From: a virus
Taxonomy: Duplodnaviria; Caudoviricetes
Virus record (IMG/VR): IMGVR_UViG_3300017909_001925
Coordinates: 1 to 25,978 of that record
Length of the DNA: 25,978 bases
Direction: 5' to 3' (one strand)
Under the pieces are notes generated by a model. It made no database searches, was not told the DNA's origin, and was given only the letters and a program-made list of their open reading frames with translations. Made by a program: the position numbers and the translations under genes. Shown here in pieces: positions 1-8,263 of this stretch; the stretch's first letter is position 1, and every line of letters starts with the position of its first letter.

Positions 1-2
1 TG

Positions 3-686
3 GATAAAGAGATACCAGGAGATGACATCATCAGAGAAGATACAGTTCAAGAGGAAGATGTCAAAGACCAGGATATACAAGAAGAAATAGTAGAACCTAT
101 TGAGCTTACTGAAGAAGAGGTAGCTGTAGAAGTTGCTGAAGTAGAAGAAGTAATAGAAGATATTGTTATAGAAGAAGTTACTACTGAAGAAGTTATAGAA
201 GTAATAGAACAAGTCAATGACATAGGAGTACAAAACTTAGACCAAGCTACTGAAGAAGTACAAGAGGTAGTACAAGCTGTTGTTGAGGAAGCAATAGAAA
301 ATGTAGAAGATTTATCTGAAGAGCAAGTCGCAGTCGTGGCAGAAGTATTACAAGTAGAAGAAGAAGATGTTGAAATTATCGCAGAAGCAGTCAAAGAAGA
401 TGAAGTAGTAGCTGAAGCAGTAGAAGAGTATGTAGAGAGAGCTGTGGAGAATGCAGATGTAGAGAACTACACACTTGCTGATGTTGTAACAGAAGTACAG
501 TATGAAAACTTTTTAGAAAATCCAATAGAAACATTTGTAGATTTAGATTTTGAAGGTATAACTATTAGCAATATAGGAGATGATATGACACAAGACCAAA
601 AAGAAAAAGCACAAGAAGTGGTAGTGCCAGTTATTTTGACTAGAATAGCTACTATGGCAGCTTTTGTATTTAGGAGAAGTCTATGA
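3..686 (+). CDS. Very acidic (E/V/D-rich) protein with C-terminal hydrophobic anchor, 5'-truncated by the window edge
   Basis: Frame of ORF 336..686 is open back to position 3 (DKEIPGDDIIREDTVQEED...). C-terminus VVVPVILTRIATMAAFVFRRSL looks like a TM segment plus basic tail. ATGA overlap with the next gene. Confidence 0.75.
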   Translation, partial: DKEIPGDDIIREDTVQEEDVKDQDIQEEIVEPIELTEEEVAVEVAEVEEVIEDIVIEEVTTEEVIEVIEQVNDIGVQNLDQATEEVQEVVQAVVEEAIENVEDLSEEQVAVVAEVLQVEEEDVEIIAEAVKEDEVVAEAVEEYVERAVENADVENYTLADVVTEVQYENFLENPIETFVDLDFEGITISNIGDDMTQDQKEKAQEVVVPVILTRIATMAAFVFRRSL

Positions 687-865
687 TAAAGAAGTTATGG
701 ACCTGGTTCATAGCAGCAATAAAAGAAACATTAAACCTTAGTTGGACTTTGGTTGGTTTAGTTATTGCTACGCTTACACTAACTGGTTCTGCACAGCAAA
801 TCACAGGAGTTGCGACTATAATTACATTAGCAGTATGGTTACTTACAATAGGATTTAGAGATTAA
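683..865 (+). CDS. Small two-TM membrane protein (possible lysis accessory)
   Basis: Two hydrophobic segments (WTLVGLVIATLTL; ITGVATIITLAVWLLTI). Coupled to neighbours by ATGA/TAATG overlaps and upstream of the lysin. Confidence 0.7.
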   Translation: MIKKLWTWFIAAIKETLNLSWTLVGLVIATLTLTGSAQQITGVATIITLAVWLLTIGFRD

Positions 866-975
866 TGTGTATGGTAACTAAGAAAGAAGATGGTTCTTTC
901 GTACAAATATGCAACTGTAAGAATGGAAGTTCTTGTTGCAAGGAAGGTGGATTAGATGAAACTAACAGTAGTTAG
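865..975 (+). CDS. 36-aa Cys-rich micro-protein (MCMVTKKEDGSFVQICNCKNGSSCCKEGGLDETNSS)
   Basis: Hand-translated. TAATG overlap with the upstream stop; fills the gap before the lysin; 5 Cys. Confidence 0.55.
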   Translation: MCMVTKKEDGSFVQICNCKNGSSCCKEGGLDETNSS

Positions 976-1549
976 AACACAATTTGGAACAGATGCAACC
1001 AATGGGTTGCTATTTATAGATGGTATTTTTGAGTGTTATACACTTGAGGACCAATATCAAGCAGTAAAAGTTATGCACGAAACATGCATACCTGAAGGGA
1101 CTTATGATATTAAATTCAGAAAAACTGGAGGTTTTCACTCCAAGTACAGTGAGCGCTATAAAAATGCCCATTATGGGATGCTTCATGTACAGGATGTACC
1201 TAACTTTACTTATATTCTCATACACACTGGTAACACCGATGAGCATACCAGTGGTTGTTTGATTGTAGGGGAAACTCAACAAGACTTAGAAATCTCTAAG
1301 GATGGTTTTATTGGCAGCAGCACAGTGGCTTACAAGAAGATGTATGCTAAAGTTGCAGGTCAACTTCTTCAAGGTAAACCTGTAAGTATTGAATATACAA
1401 CTATTAACAACTTGTTTAAACAAGGTGATGAGGATAATAAATCAAAAGACCACACAGTTTTGGCTACCACAGTTTATGATAAATTGCAGGAAATAAATGG
1501 AAATGTTTTAACAATTAAATCAAAACTTAGTGGAAAGGTAATACAATAA
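956..1549 (+). CDS. DUF5675-like putative endolysin (L,D-peptidase-like)
   Basis: Motifs T-x-G-x-L-x-IDG-x-F-x-CYTLED, TCIPEGTY, VPNFTYILIHTGNT...HTSGCLIVG match the family as I recall it. Adjacent to a holin. Confidence 0.8.
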   Translation: MKLTVVRTQFGTDATNGLLFIDGIFECYTLEDQYQAVKVMHETCIPEGTYDIKFRKTGGFHSKYSERYKNAHYGMLHVQDVPNFTYILIHTGNTDEHTSGCLIVGETQQDLEISKDGFIGSSTVAYKKMYAKVAGQLLQGKPVSIEYTTINNLFKQGDEDNKSKDHTVLATTVYDKLQEINGNVLTIKSKLSGKVIQ

Positions 1550-1839
1550 TGTCAGATTTATTCGAAAAGAATAATAGAAGAAGAAACCAAGAGGGTAAGT
1601 TCAAGAAGGACTTATGGTGGACTCCTTGGAATGAAGCATGGAGTTACAAAATGAGTGATGACCTTAAAGATATGTTAGAGCGCACAGCTTGGACATTTAT
1701 TGAGGCGTTCATTGGCGCTTTGACAGTTGCACCTTTAGTAGGTGTAGAGGCTGAAACACTACAACTTGCAGCATTAGCAGGTGGTGGTGCAGCATTAGCT
1801 GTTATAAAGACATACGCTAAAAAACAAATTACTAAGTAA
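1549..1839 (+). CDS. Holin, r1t-like, with a charged N-terminal extension
   Basis: DMLERTAWTFIEAFIGAL...LAALAGGGAALAVIKTYA resembles r1t/actinophage holins. Two TM segments, directly after the lysin. Confidence 0.7.
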   Translation: MSDLFEKNNRRRNQEGKFKKDLWWTPWNEAWSYKMSDDLKDMLERTAWTFIEAFIGALTVAPLVGVEAETLQLAALAGGGAALAVIKTYAKKQITK

Positions 1840-1896
1840 ATACCTTAGTTGTCGTACATCTAGTGTAAAATAGGTGTTGACACATAAGGAGGTATT

Positions 1897-3078
1897 GTGC
1901 CTAAGAAGAAACCAATTCCTGCAGAAAATAGTAATAATTTTTTTAAAGCAGGTTGGAAACCTACTATGGATTTCGACCATACCACTGGTACAGGTGAGAT
2001 AACACATGTAGGAACAGACCCCAACTACGCATCTAAAACAGATGAGATATTAAAAGAGTGGGGATTTGACCCTAAATTGTATGAAATAGATGGAATCCTT
2101 AAGGTTTCTTCTTGGAACACACAATTAAAAGGTGGCATCGTTGAAACTTTCTTTGCATTTAAGGGAAGTGTACGCAGAAAATCTGCAAACAGAGATAAAT
2201 ATTATCAGTCATTGTTTAAACAAGCAGCAAAGAAGCCACCATTAAAGGACCATGGACTATTCAAGGGTGACACAGCCTTCTTCTTTTTTCTTTCAGATTG
2301 GCAACTCGGCAAGGATGATTATGGAGTTGAGAATACAATAAAAAGATTTGATGTTGCATTACAAGATGGTGTGCAACTACTTAAGAATCACAGAAAAACT
2401 GGGTTTAAAATAGATGAGATTTACTTAATAGGAATGGGTGACCTCACAGAAAACTGTACAAAATTCTTTTACGACAGCCAACCACACAATGTTTCTCTCA
2501 ACCTCTTGGAACAATATAGCCTTGCTAGAGCTATGATATTTAAAGCAGTAGAGACATTTTTACCTTATGCAGATAAAATTATTTTGTCAGGTGTGCCAGG
2601 AAACCATGGCGAAATGACTAGAAGTTCTAAAGGTCAGGTTCTTACAAGTCGCTTAGACAACTCAGATACAATGCATTTACAGATAATGGATGAAATATTC
2701 CAGGCAAATCCTGAAAGATATAAAAAAGTAAAGGTAATTATTCCTGAAGGATACCACTTAACATTAGATGTCAAGGGTCAAACTATGGCATTTACTCATG
2801 GTCACATGACAAATGGGTCAGGTAACGCAGAAAATAAAATAGAACAATGGTGGAAAGGTCAGATGTATGGATGGTTACCAGTAGGTCAGGCTTCTATACT
2901 AGTAACTGCTCACTATCACCATTTTCGTGCTAAAACTCAAGGAGACAGGCATTGGTTTCAATGCCCATCTCTTGATAAAAGTATTGATTTCACACAGAGA
3001 ACTGGGTTATGGTCGCATCCTGGTGTATTAACATTACTTGTTAATGACCGAGGACCAAGCTATCCAGTCATTGTTTAA
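1897..3078 (+). CDS. Calcineurin-like metallophosphoesterase (Mre11/SbcD-superfamily nuclease or phosphoesterase)
   Basis: Motifs SDWQ, MGDL, PGNHG, THGH, AHYHH. GTG start with AAGGAGG SD. Confidence 0.85.
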   Translation: MPKKKPIPAENSNNFFKAGWKPTMDFDHTTGTGEITHVGTDPNYASKTDEILKEWGFDPKLYEIDGILKVSSWNTQLKGGIVETFFAFKGSVRRKSANRDKYYQSLFKQAAKKPPLKDHGLFKGDTAFFFFLSDWQLGKDDYGVENTIKRFDVALQDGVQLLKNHRKTGFKIDEIYLIGMGDLTENCTKFFYDSQPHNVSLNLLEQYSLARAMIFKAVETFLPYADKIILSGVPGNHGEMTRSSKGQVLTSRLDNSDTMHLQIMDEIFQANPERYKKVKVIIPEGYHLTLDVKGQTMAFTHGHMTNGSGNAENKIEQWWKGQMYGWLPVGQASILVTAHYHHFRAKTQGDRHWFQCPSLDKSIDFTQRTGLWSHPGVLTLLVNDRGPSYPVIV

Positions 3079-3548
3079 ACAGAGGGCAAAACCTTATATA
3101 ATTTAGGCTTTCCATCAACATCCTTCTCAGGGTAGTGTCCTTCTTCTGTTCTTGGGTCTATCCATAATTCTGATATTTTCTCAGCACTAAACCACTTTGG
3201 TTCTGAATTTGGATGCTTGAAATAAAACAAACCAACTTTAACTTTGTCATATCTTCTAGCTCTGTACTGCATCTCCATCAGCTTGTGATAGTCTGATTCT
3301 TTTAATTTAAGTGTCCCTTTTACCTCAACTAAATAGATAAATCCATTCTTTACAACTGCGTAATCAGGTATGAGTAATACCTTTGTAACATACCAAAACA
3401 AATCAAGTTTGTTCTCTTTAGGGTCTGTTCCAATCTTTAACCAGTCCTTAAACTCAACAAGGTTCGCAGCTTTTAAATAGTTCTGCATAGCCTCATCAGC
3501 CATATCAGGAACTGATTGTCTATCATCATAGCTATCTGTATATTTCAA
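3075..3548 (-). CDS. PD-(D/E)XK nuclease-family protein (resolvase or endonuclease-like)
   Basis: IPDYAVVKNGFIYLVEVKG fits the PD...ExK catalytic signature. Confidence 0.7.
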   Translation of the reverse strand: MKYTDSYDDRQSVPDMADEAMQNYLKAANLVEFKDWLKIGTDPKENKLDLFWYVTKVLLIPDYAVVKNGFIYLVEVKGTLKLKESDYHKLMEMQYRARRYDKVKVGLFYFKHPNSEPKWFSAEKISELWIDPRTEEGHYPEKDVDGKPKLYKVLPSV

Positions 3549-3856
3549 AATATATCTCCTTGTTCGTATCTTTTTCTTTCTTCAGGAGTGGTAATGATTG
3601 CGTGACATCCTTTTTGGTCAACAGAGAAAGGGGTATCTCCTACTTGTTTAAACAGGAAGGCACACCTTTCATTACCATCCGAGTCCAAATAAACATCTCT
3701 TACATCTTTTTTAGTGCAAGGTTTGTTTCCTTCGACAACTTTACATTTTCTATCTAATGGTGGTTTCTTACTAAAGTCATAATCAGGATAGATTTTTTGT
3801 AATTTTTCTATCAGTTTATTGATATTGTAAGAACCACCAGCAGGTTCTAAAGCCAT
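3545..3856 (-). CDS. Hypothetical protein with 4 Cys
   Basis: 103-aa ORF overlapping both neighbours in the operon. Confidence 0.7.
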   Translation of the reverse strand: MALEPAGGSYNINKLIEKLQKIYPDYDFSKKPPLDRKCKVVEGNKPCTKKDVRDVYLDSDGNERCAFLFKQVGDTPFSVDQKGCHAIITTPEERKRYEQGDIF

Positions 3857-4713
3857 TCTTTCGGAACTAGCTTTTCAGAGTTGCTACTATTTATGTAACC
3901 TCCCCAGCCACATCCATTGTTTTGTCCAAAATTACTACAAGCAAAGTCAGGAATACCTTTAAACTTTTCATCTTGTGCTTTCTTAGCTCTATTGTCCTCA
4001 ATCCAGTCAGGTGAATTACAAGAAGGGCAGTTCTTAGTAATATCTTTTATATCACCAAATATCTCTTCGACTGCTTGTCTTGATTCCTTCATTTCTTGAG
4101 GCTCATTTTGTAACTCAAAGAACGCATCCATATAAGTATCAAAATCTTCATCAGTCCAAGTTGCTAAATCCTTGTTATCGACTGCTTTCCAAGCTGCGTT
4201 TTTATATGTCTCTCTAAGCGAAGCATCTTTTTCGTGAAACTCAGTAGCCTCTTTTAATTTTTGTTGCCACTCATGTGAGGCTTGATTTTCTTTTGCTTTA
4301 GATGGTGATTTTTTTGGAGGTGATTGAACTGGTGAATCATCAACAAAGAAGTCATCTGTTCCACTCCATAGCTCAACACCTAAACCAAATCTCATACAAG
4401 CTCTTTTGAATGCATCTGATTCAGCAAGTTTCATACACTCACCTTTGGTTGCTCTTTGTAATGCACTGTTCTCTACATCACCAGCACCTTGAAATGTTCC
4501 AAGTCCTTCCACTTGTATAGTTCCAATGCCACCAATTACTAATCCATCAATAATCGTTGGCTCAAACTTCCATGAGTATTTAACCTTACAATCTCTAAGT
4601 CTTTCAACATAGACTGCATGATTAACAAATTTCCCAAACTTACCTTTGGGTGGGTCTTGCACAACTTCTTTAGGGAATGGCGCAAGTAATTGTTCCCTTA
4701 CCTTTTCTTCCAT
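3847..4713 (-). CDS. Sak/Rad52-like single-strand annealing protein with C-terminal Zn-ribbon
   Basis: LLAPFP...FVNHAVYVERL...G-x-G...KLAESDAFKRACMRFGLGVELW is a Rad52/Sak signature. C-terminal CPSC...PDFAC...CGWG. Confidence 0.8.
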   Translation of the reverse strand: MEEKVREQLLAPFPKEVVQDPPKGKFGKFVNHAVYVERLRDCKVKYSWKFEPTIIDGLVIGGIGTIQVEGLGTFQGAGDVENSALQRATKGECMKLAESDAFKRACMRFGLGVELWSGTDDFFVDDSPVQSPPKKSPSKAKENQASHEWQQKLKEATEFHEKDASLRETYKNAAWKAVDNKDLATWTDEDFDTYMDAFFELQNEPQEMKESRQAVEEIFGDIKDITKNCPSCNSPDWIEDNRAKKAQDEKFKGIPDFACSNFGQNNGCGWGGYINSSNSEKLVPKEWL

Positions 4714-4716
4714 GTG

Positions 4717-4908
4717 TTACCTACTTTCTATTATTTTGTATACTCTTTGTCTGCTCAACTCAAGTGCATCACTAATTTCTTTGACTGAAATGCCATTGTT
4801 TAAACAAGCAAGAATAGTATTTAGTCTTACTGTTTTAAGTCTGTCTATATCACTGTTTGCTCTTGCAAGTTGCGAATTAATTAATTTGAGTTCGTTCAAA
4901 CTGCTCAT
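4717..4908 (-). CDS. Small helix-turn-helix DNA-binding protein
   Basis: GISVKEISDALELSRQRVYKII is a typical HTH, preceded by a short coiled-coil-like helix. Confidence 0.8.
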   Translation of the reverse strand: MSSLNELKLINSQLARANSDIDRLKTVRLNTILACLNNGISVKEISDALELSRQRVYKIIESR

Positions 4909-5014
4909 CTTTCTCAGCTCTCCATTCTCTATACATCTCTACAAGTCCCTCTACTAATACATACATTAGTATTCCAAACATAAACATTATGATTAGTCCC
5001 TGTACGCTAAACAT
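4877..5014 (-). CDS. 45-aa single-TM protein (MFSVQGLIIMFMFGILMYVLVEG...)
   Basis: Hand-translated. SD AAGGAGG upstream; N-terminal TM and charged tail. Confidence 0.65.
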   Translation of the reverse strand: MFSVQGLIIMFMFGILMYVLVEGLVEMYREWRAEKDEQFERTQIN

Positions 5015-5174
5015 TTTCCTCCTTTATTTCTAAAACTTTATGTCCTGATATTTGGTCAATGTAACCTTTCCAAAAGTTAATTGCCCAGTCAACATTTCTA
5101 AATGAGTATGAATCTTTTTGTGTAAATTCAACTCTGATATTTAGAATATGCTTATTGCTCTTCGGCTGTGGCAT
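5007..5174 (-). CDS. 55-aa hypothetical protein (MPQPKSNKHILNIRVEF...)
   Basis: Hand-translated. AAAGGAAG before the ATG; fills the gap and overlaps both neighbours. Confidence 0.6.
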   Translation of the reverse strand: MPQPKSNKHILNIRVEFTQKDSYSFRNVDWAINFWKGYIDQISGHKVLEIKEENV

Positions 5175-5382
5175 CTTCCTTTATTCTTTCTTCGTTAGCT
5201 TGTTGCATATTAAAGTTATAATCTACAACAAACTGTTCGATTAGACTATCTACCTTTACAATATTGTGTCTGTTAAGTTTAATACTTGTCTGTGTCACTT
5301 CTTGTCCACCACAAGCATTGGCTAAATTAATTGCCCACTTCTTCAAGTGTTTTGTTTCACTAAATATATTTGGCTTACTCAT
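5152..5382 (-). CDS. Hypothetical protein
   Basis: 76-aa ORF in a contiguous - strand operon. Confidence 0.65.
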   Translation of the reverse strand: MSKPNIFSETKHLKKWAINLANACGGQEVTQTSIKLNRHNIVKVDSLIEQFVVDYNFNMQQANEERIKEDATAEEQ

Positions 5383-5602
5383 CTGCTATCACAAAATTAA
5401 CATCAACATTGTCATCGATGATTTGTACCTTTGTATTGTATCCAGCACCACTTACTGTAAAGTGTTGCAAGATTGTAGCTTGTGATAAGTCGCTAGTCTG
5501 TTTCTTGACTGCACCATCTATATTGTTTGCCATTGTCCATAAGACACCTTTGGCTGTATTATTTTTGTAGTCGTACTTTCTACAAATGGATATTATATCC
5601 AT
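5375..5602 (-). CDS. Hypothetical protein
   Basis: 75-aa ORF with SD AAGGGAGG. Confidence 0.7.
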   Translation of the reverse strand: MDIISICRKYDYKNNTAKGVLWTMANNIDGAVKKQTSDLSQATILQHFTVSGAGYNTKVQIIDDNVDVNFVIADE

Positions 5603-5625
5603 GATTCCTCCCTTATATCTATTGG

Positions 5626-5787
5626 TTACTTGTCTGCTGTTTGTAGCTCTTCAATCTTTACGATGAAGTAGTTACTTCCAGTATCCTTAATCTCTGTTCT
5701 CTTTGCTGAGGCTTCCTCATAGGTATCAAACTCCCATGTCATAACACTCGCATCGAAAATCGAAAGACTCGTTACTAAGTATTTCAT
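5626..5787 (-). CDS. 53-aa hypothetical protein (MKYLVTSLSIFDASVMTWEFDTYEEA...), probably leaderless
   Basis: Hand-translated. ATG lies 7 nt after a TAACAT -10 hexamer. Confidence 0.6.
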   Translation of the reverse strand: MKYLVTSLSIFDASVMTWEFDTYEEASAKRTEIKDTGSNYFIVKIEELQTADK

Positions 5788-5793
5788 ACCACC

Positions 5794-5821
5794 ATGTTAA
5801 TAGCTATTTAATATTAAACAA
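5794..5821 (-). promoter_or_regulatory. Putative promoter TTGTTT-N16-TAACAT
   Basis: AT-rich intergenic gap; spacing is consistent with a leaderless start at 5787. Confidence 0.4.
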
Positions 5822-5865
5822 GTAATTACATAAGTTTTTACTGCTTGTTTAAACAACTACCTCTT

Positions 5866-5988
5866 TCATCCATATCTTTTCTTGCCACCATTTGCTACAC
5901 CATCACCAGTAGGTCGTTTCAAACCACGATACTTTCCACCTTTTTTAGATTTCATAGCTCTTCTCATAGCTCTATTCACTTTTACCAT
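5866..5988 (-). CDS. 40-aa basic micro-protein (MVKVNRAMRRAMKSKKGGKYRG...)
   Basis: Hand-translated. NRxxRR-type basic motif common in small phage proteins. Confidence 0.55.
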   Translation of the reverse strand: MVKVNRAMRRAMKSKKGGKYRGLKRPTGDGVANGGKKRYG

Positions 5989-6121
5989 CCCAATAGGATT
6001 TCTTACCTGTCATTATGTCCTCTCTGTAAAACTTCTTATATTCATATCTAAGAATAATTTTACGATTGAACAACTTGAACAAGGTAAAGTGTCTGTGTCC
6101 TGATTCTGTCGTTCTAGGCAT
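5972..6121 (-). CDS. 49-aa hypothetical protein (MPRTTESGHRHFTLFKLFNRKII...)
   Basis: Hand-translated. Overlaps both neighbours; GAGGGTG upstream. Confidence 0.55.
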   Translation of the reverse strand: MPRTTESGHRHFTLFKLFNRKIILRYEYKKFYREDIMTGKKSYWDGKSE

Positions 6122-6311
6122 AGTCATCACCCTCATCTCTCTTCTTAAATAGTCTGTCCATCAACTGTGATTTCATAAACTCTTCTGTTTCTTTTTCTTG
6201 TCGTTGTCTGAGTCGTTCTCTCTCAACTCTGTATTCACTGTATGTGATAAAGAGTAAAGAGATTGTTAAACCCATAATAAGTCCCAATACAAATAACATT
6301 ATGTCATCCAT
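6114..6311 (-). CDS. Single-TM protein with charged coiled-coil tail
   Basis: SD AGGAGG; N-terminal hydrophobic helix. Confidence 0.75.
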   Translation of the reverse strand: MDDIMLFVLGLIMGLTISLLFITYSEYRVERERLRQRQEKETEEFMKSQLMDRLFKKRDEGDDYA

Positions 6312-6322
6312 AGTTTTACCTC

Positions 6323-6538
6323 CTATACTTCGTTGTCTGTGCTACCTACTTCATTTAATTTTTTAAGCAAAAATATAAAAGCTCTACTTAAAGTTTTAAA
6401 TGAGTGTATTCTGTCATAAGCTATGCTCATGCCATCTTCTTCCCATTCAAGTAATTTTTCTTGTGCCTCTTCAATAGTTTTATAACGATTGAAACTAACA
6501 CTATTACCCTCATAAGATTCAAGTATATGTATCATCAT
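6323..6538 (-). CDS. Hypothetical protein (start revised to ATG 6538)
   Basis: AGAAAGGAAC precedes ATG 6538. The longer track start lies inside a TGTTTAAACA site. Confidence 0.65.
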   Translation of the reverse strand: MMIHILESYEGNSVSFNRYKTIEEAQEKLLEWEEDGMSIAYDRIHSFKTLSRAFIFLLKKLNEVGSTDNEV

Positions 6539-6565
6539 GTTCCTTTCTATCTGTTTAAACAAGCA

Positions 6566-6797
6566 CCAAGATATGAAGTAGTCAACTTAAGTTAAGTAGC
6601 TAATCGTAATCAGTTTCCTGATTGGATAACATTGTTATATTGAGTCGAAGTTTGAGGGATGTATCAACATGGTATTGTTGTAAGTTGTTTCTAGCTAGTC
6701 ATCTCTTACTCCTCACAAGTGAGAAAGCATGTGCAAACTCCTCATATCGAATATAACTTTAGTCATCTAACCTGTCATTGACTACCTCATACCTTGG
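6566..6797 (-). ncRNA. Putative structured ncRNA domain A (~230 nt)
   Basis: 20-bp closing stem 6566-6585/6778-6797 whose two mismatches are G-U on the - strand. AAUCAG-GAAA-CUGAUU tetraloop hairpin at 6608-6623. Further internal stems; no ORF in the track. Confidence 0.65.
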
Positions 6798-7043
6798 TAG
6801 CTCTCGGTTAAGTAGTACTATTGTGTTTCAAGTTCCCTTTGCAAGGGCTAATACCTAGAATTATTTTAATATACTAAGAACTAGCGTAACCATTCTAGGA
6901 TAGTCGGTGAGTACACACTCATGCTGTTCTTAGCCTCTCATCAACATCACTCAGTTACTTCAAGTTGTAACCTCGCTAAGAAAACCTCATAATGCTTGAA
7001 CATTAATCGTTTTCCCATAGTTATCTACTTAACCGACAACTAC
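6798..7043 (-). ncRNA. Putative structured ncRNA domain B (~245 nt)
   Basis: Perfect 12-bp IR 6804-6815/7025-7036 with extensions. GCAA-loop hairpin 6835-6847; 8-bp stems 6854-6861/6892-6899 and 6927-6934/6975-6982. Confidence 0.65.
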
Positions 7044-7167
7044 CTGTTTAAACAAGGGATGGTGCGAGGCATCACACCATCCAATGTTTTCCTGCTGGGA
7101 TATTATGGTCTTGCCATAATTACCACCTCACTTTCTACTTAAGTCATACAAGTAGTAGTGAGTTAAA

Positions 7168-7437
7168 TTATGTTAGTGCGTATTTGCTTGTTCTACTGAA
7201 CTTTGCACCTTCACACTCTTGGGATAGTACAAAAGAATCCCATTCCTTTGTAGCTTTATCCCCATCAACACTTCCGATTTCTTTTGCCTTAGCCATAGCT
7301 TTGGTCAAGCCATCGAATGCGCTTGGATGAATAAGAACTTTTCTGTCCTCATCACCATCAAGGTTTACCTCAAGCCATACACTGTATTCATTTACTGTGT
7401 AGGTTGCACCTTTTTTAATTTCATCTAGTTGTGGCAT
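7168..7437 (-). CDS. Hypothetical early protein
   Basis: 89 aa; SD AAGGAGGCA. Confidence 0.75.
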   Translation of the reverse strand: MPQLDEIKKGATYTVNEYSVWLEVNLDGDEDRKVLIHPSAFDGLTKAMAKAKEIGSVDGDKATKEWDSFVLSQECEGAKFSRTSKYALT

Positions 7438-7517
7438 ACTGCCTCCTTACTATTCTAGTAATTTACCTTGTTGTAATTACCATAATGCTACCTGTTTAAA
7501 CAAGTAGCACTAGCTAA

Positions 7518-7766
7518 CTACAATTTGTCTATTTTAATATCAGATGGGGTTGCACCATCACTATCAGTTACCAATACAATATCTTTGCCATCATAATCAA
7601 TTATGTTTATGTGACTCTCATGCTTTCTTATGGTTTCTAATACATCTGATAAAGCATCATCTGTAGCGTTTGTATCATGCGCAACAAGTAAAGTAATTTT
7701 TTCGACTTTACAATATCTTGCATAATCTCTATGATTTAACACTAGCTCTCTAGTATCTTTGCTCAT
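7518..7766 (-). CDS. Hypothetical early protein
   Basis: 82 aa; SD GAGGAGGCA. Confidence 0.75.
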   Translation of the reverse strand: MSKDTRELVLNHRDYARYCKVEKITLLVAHDTNATDDALSDVLETIRKHESHINIIDYDGKDIVLVTDSDGATPSDIKIDKL

Positions 7767-7885
7767 TTCTTTGCCTCCTCAATTAGTTTTTTCCAATAGT
7801 CATCTGATTCAGTGTCAATGAACCAGTCACCATTTTGAACGAACTCTTCGTATTCTTCTTCGTTTTCGAATACTCCATAAGCCAT
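7763..7885 (-). CDS. 40-aa acidic micro-protein (MAYGVFENEEEYEEFVQNGDWFIDTESDDYWKKLIEEAKK)
   Basis: Hand-translated. SD AAGGAGGCA at 7888-7896; ATGA overlap with the next gene. Confidence 0.7.
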   Translation of the reverse strand: MAYGVFENEEEYEEFVQNGDWFIDTESDDYWKKLIEEAKK

Positions 7886-7908
7886 TCTGCCTCCTTCTGT
7901 TTGCTATA

Positions 7909-8258
7909 TAGATAGCTTGTAACACACTGGCATAACTTTAATCTTGACTGCAAAGCAGACATAACCAATGTGCTACAAGCTACCTACTGTAAGTGAACTA
8001 CACTGGAACTAATCTGTTTATAGTAGTTTTTTCTATCTAGCTAACATTTCTGCACTAGACTTCCAACCTTTGTAACTTACATAGATAGCTTGAAAGATAC
8101 TAGGAACGAGGTCTGCAATTAGTTGTTTCGTTCTTATCCAGTTATGAACTGGCTACCTTGCTAATATCCTTCAAGCTACCATCACCGATACAACAAGGGC
8201 AATATATTATACTCAGTGATAGATAGCTTAGAAGTGGCTGTTTAAACAACCACTTCTA
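7909..8258 (-). ncRNA. Five back-to-back stem-closed RNA domains
   Basis: IR-bounded units at 7909-7986, 7988-8081, 8086-8178, 8181-8220 and 8229-8258. Stem mismatches are mostly G-U on the - strand; GCA-GAAA-UGU loop in the second unit. Confidence 0.65.
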
Positions 8259-8263
8259 TAATT

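Noticed and set aside
47-394. Ser/Thr-rich - strand ORF and other antisense ORFs inside long genes (e.g. 13801..14214, 17255..17668, 24218..24646)
   Set aside because: Shadow frames of strongly biased + strand coding sequence.
7783-7968. Track ORF of 61 aa on -
   Set aside because: No SD, runs through an RNA hairpin, and overlaps the better supported ORF 7763..7885 in another frame.
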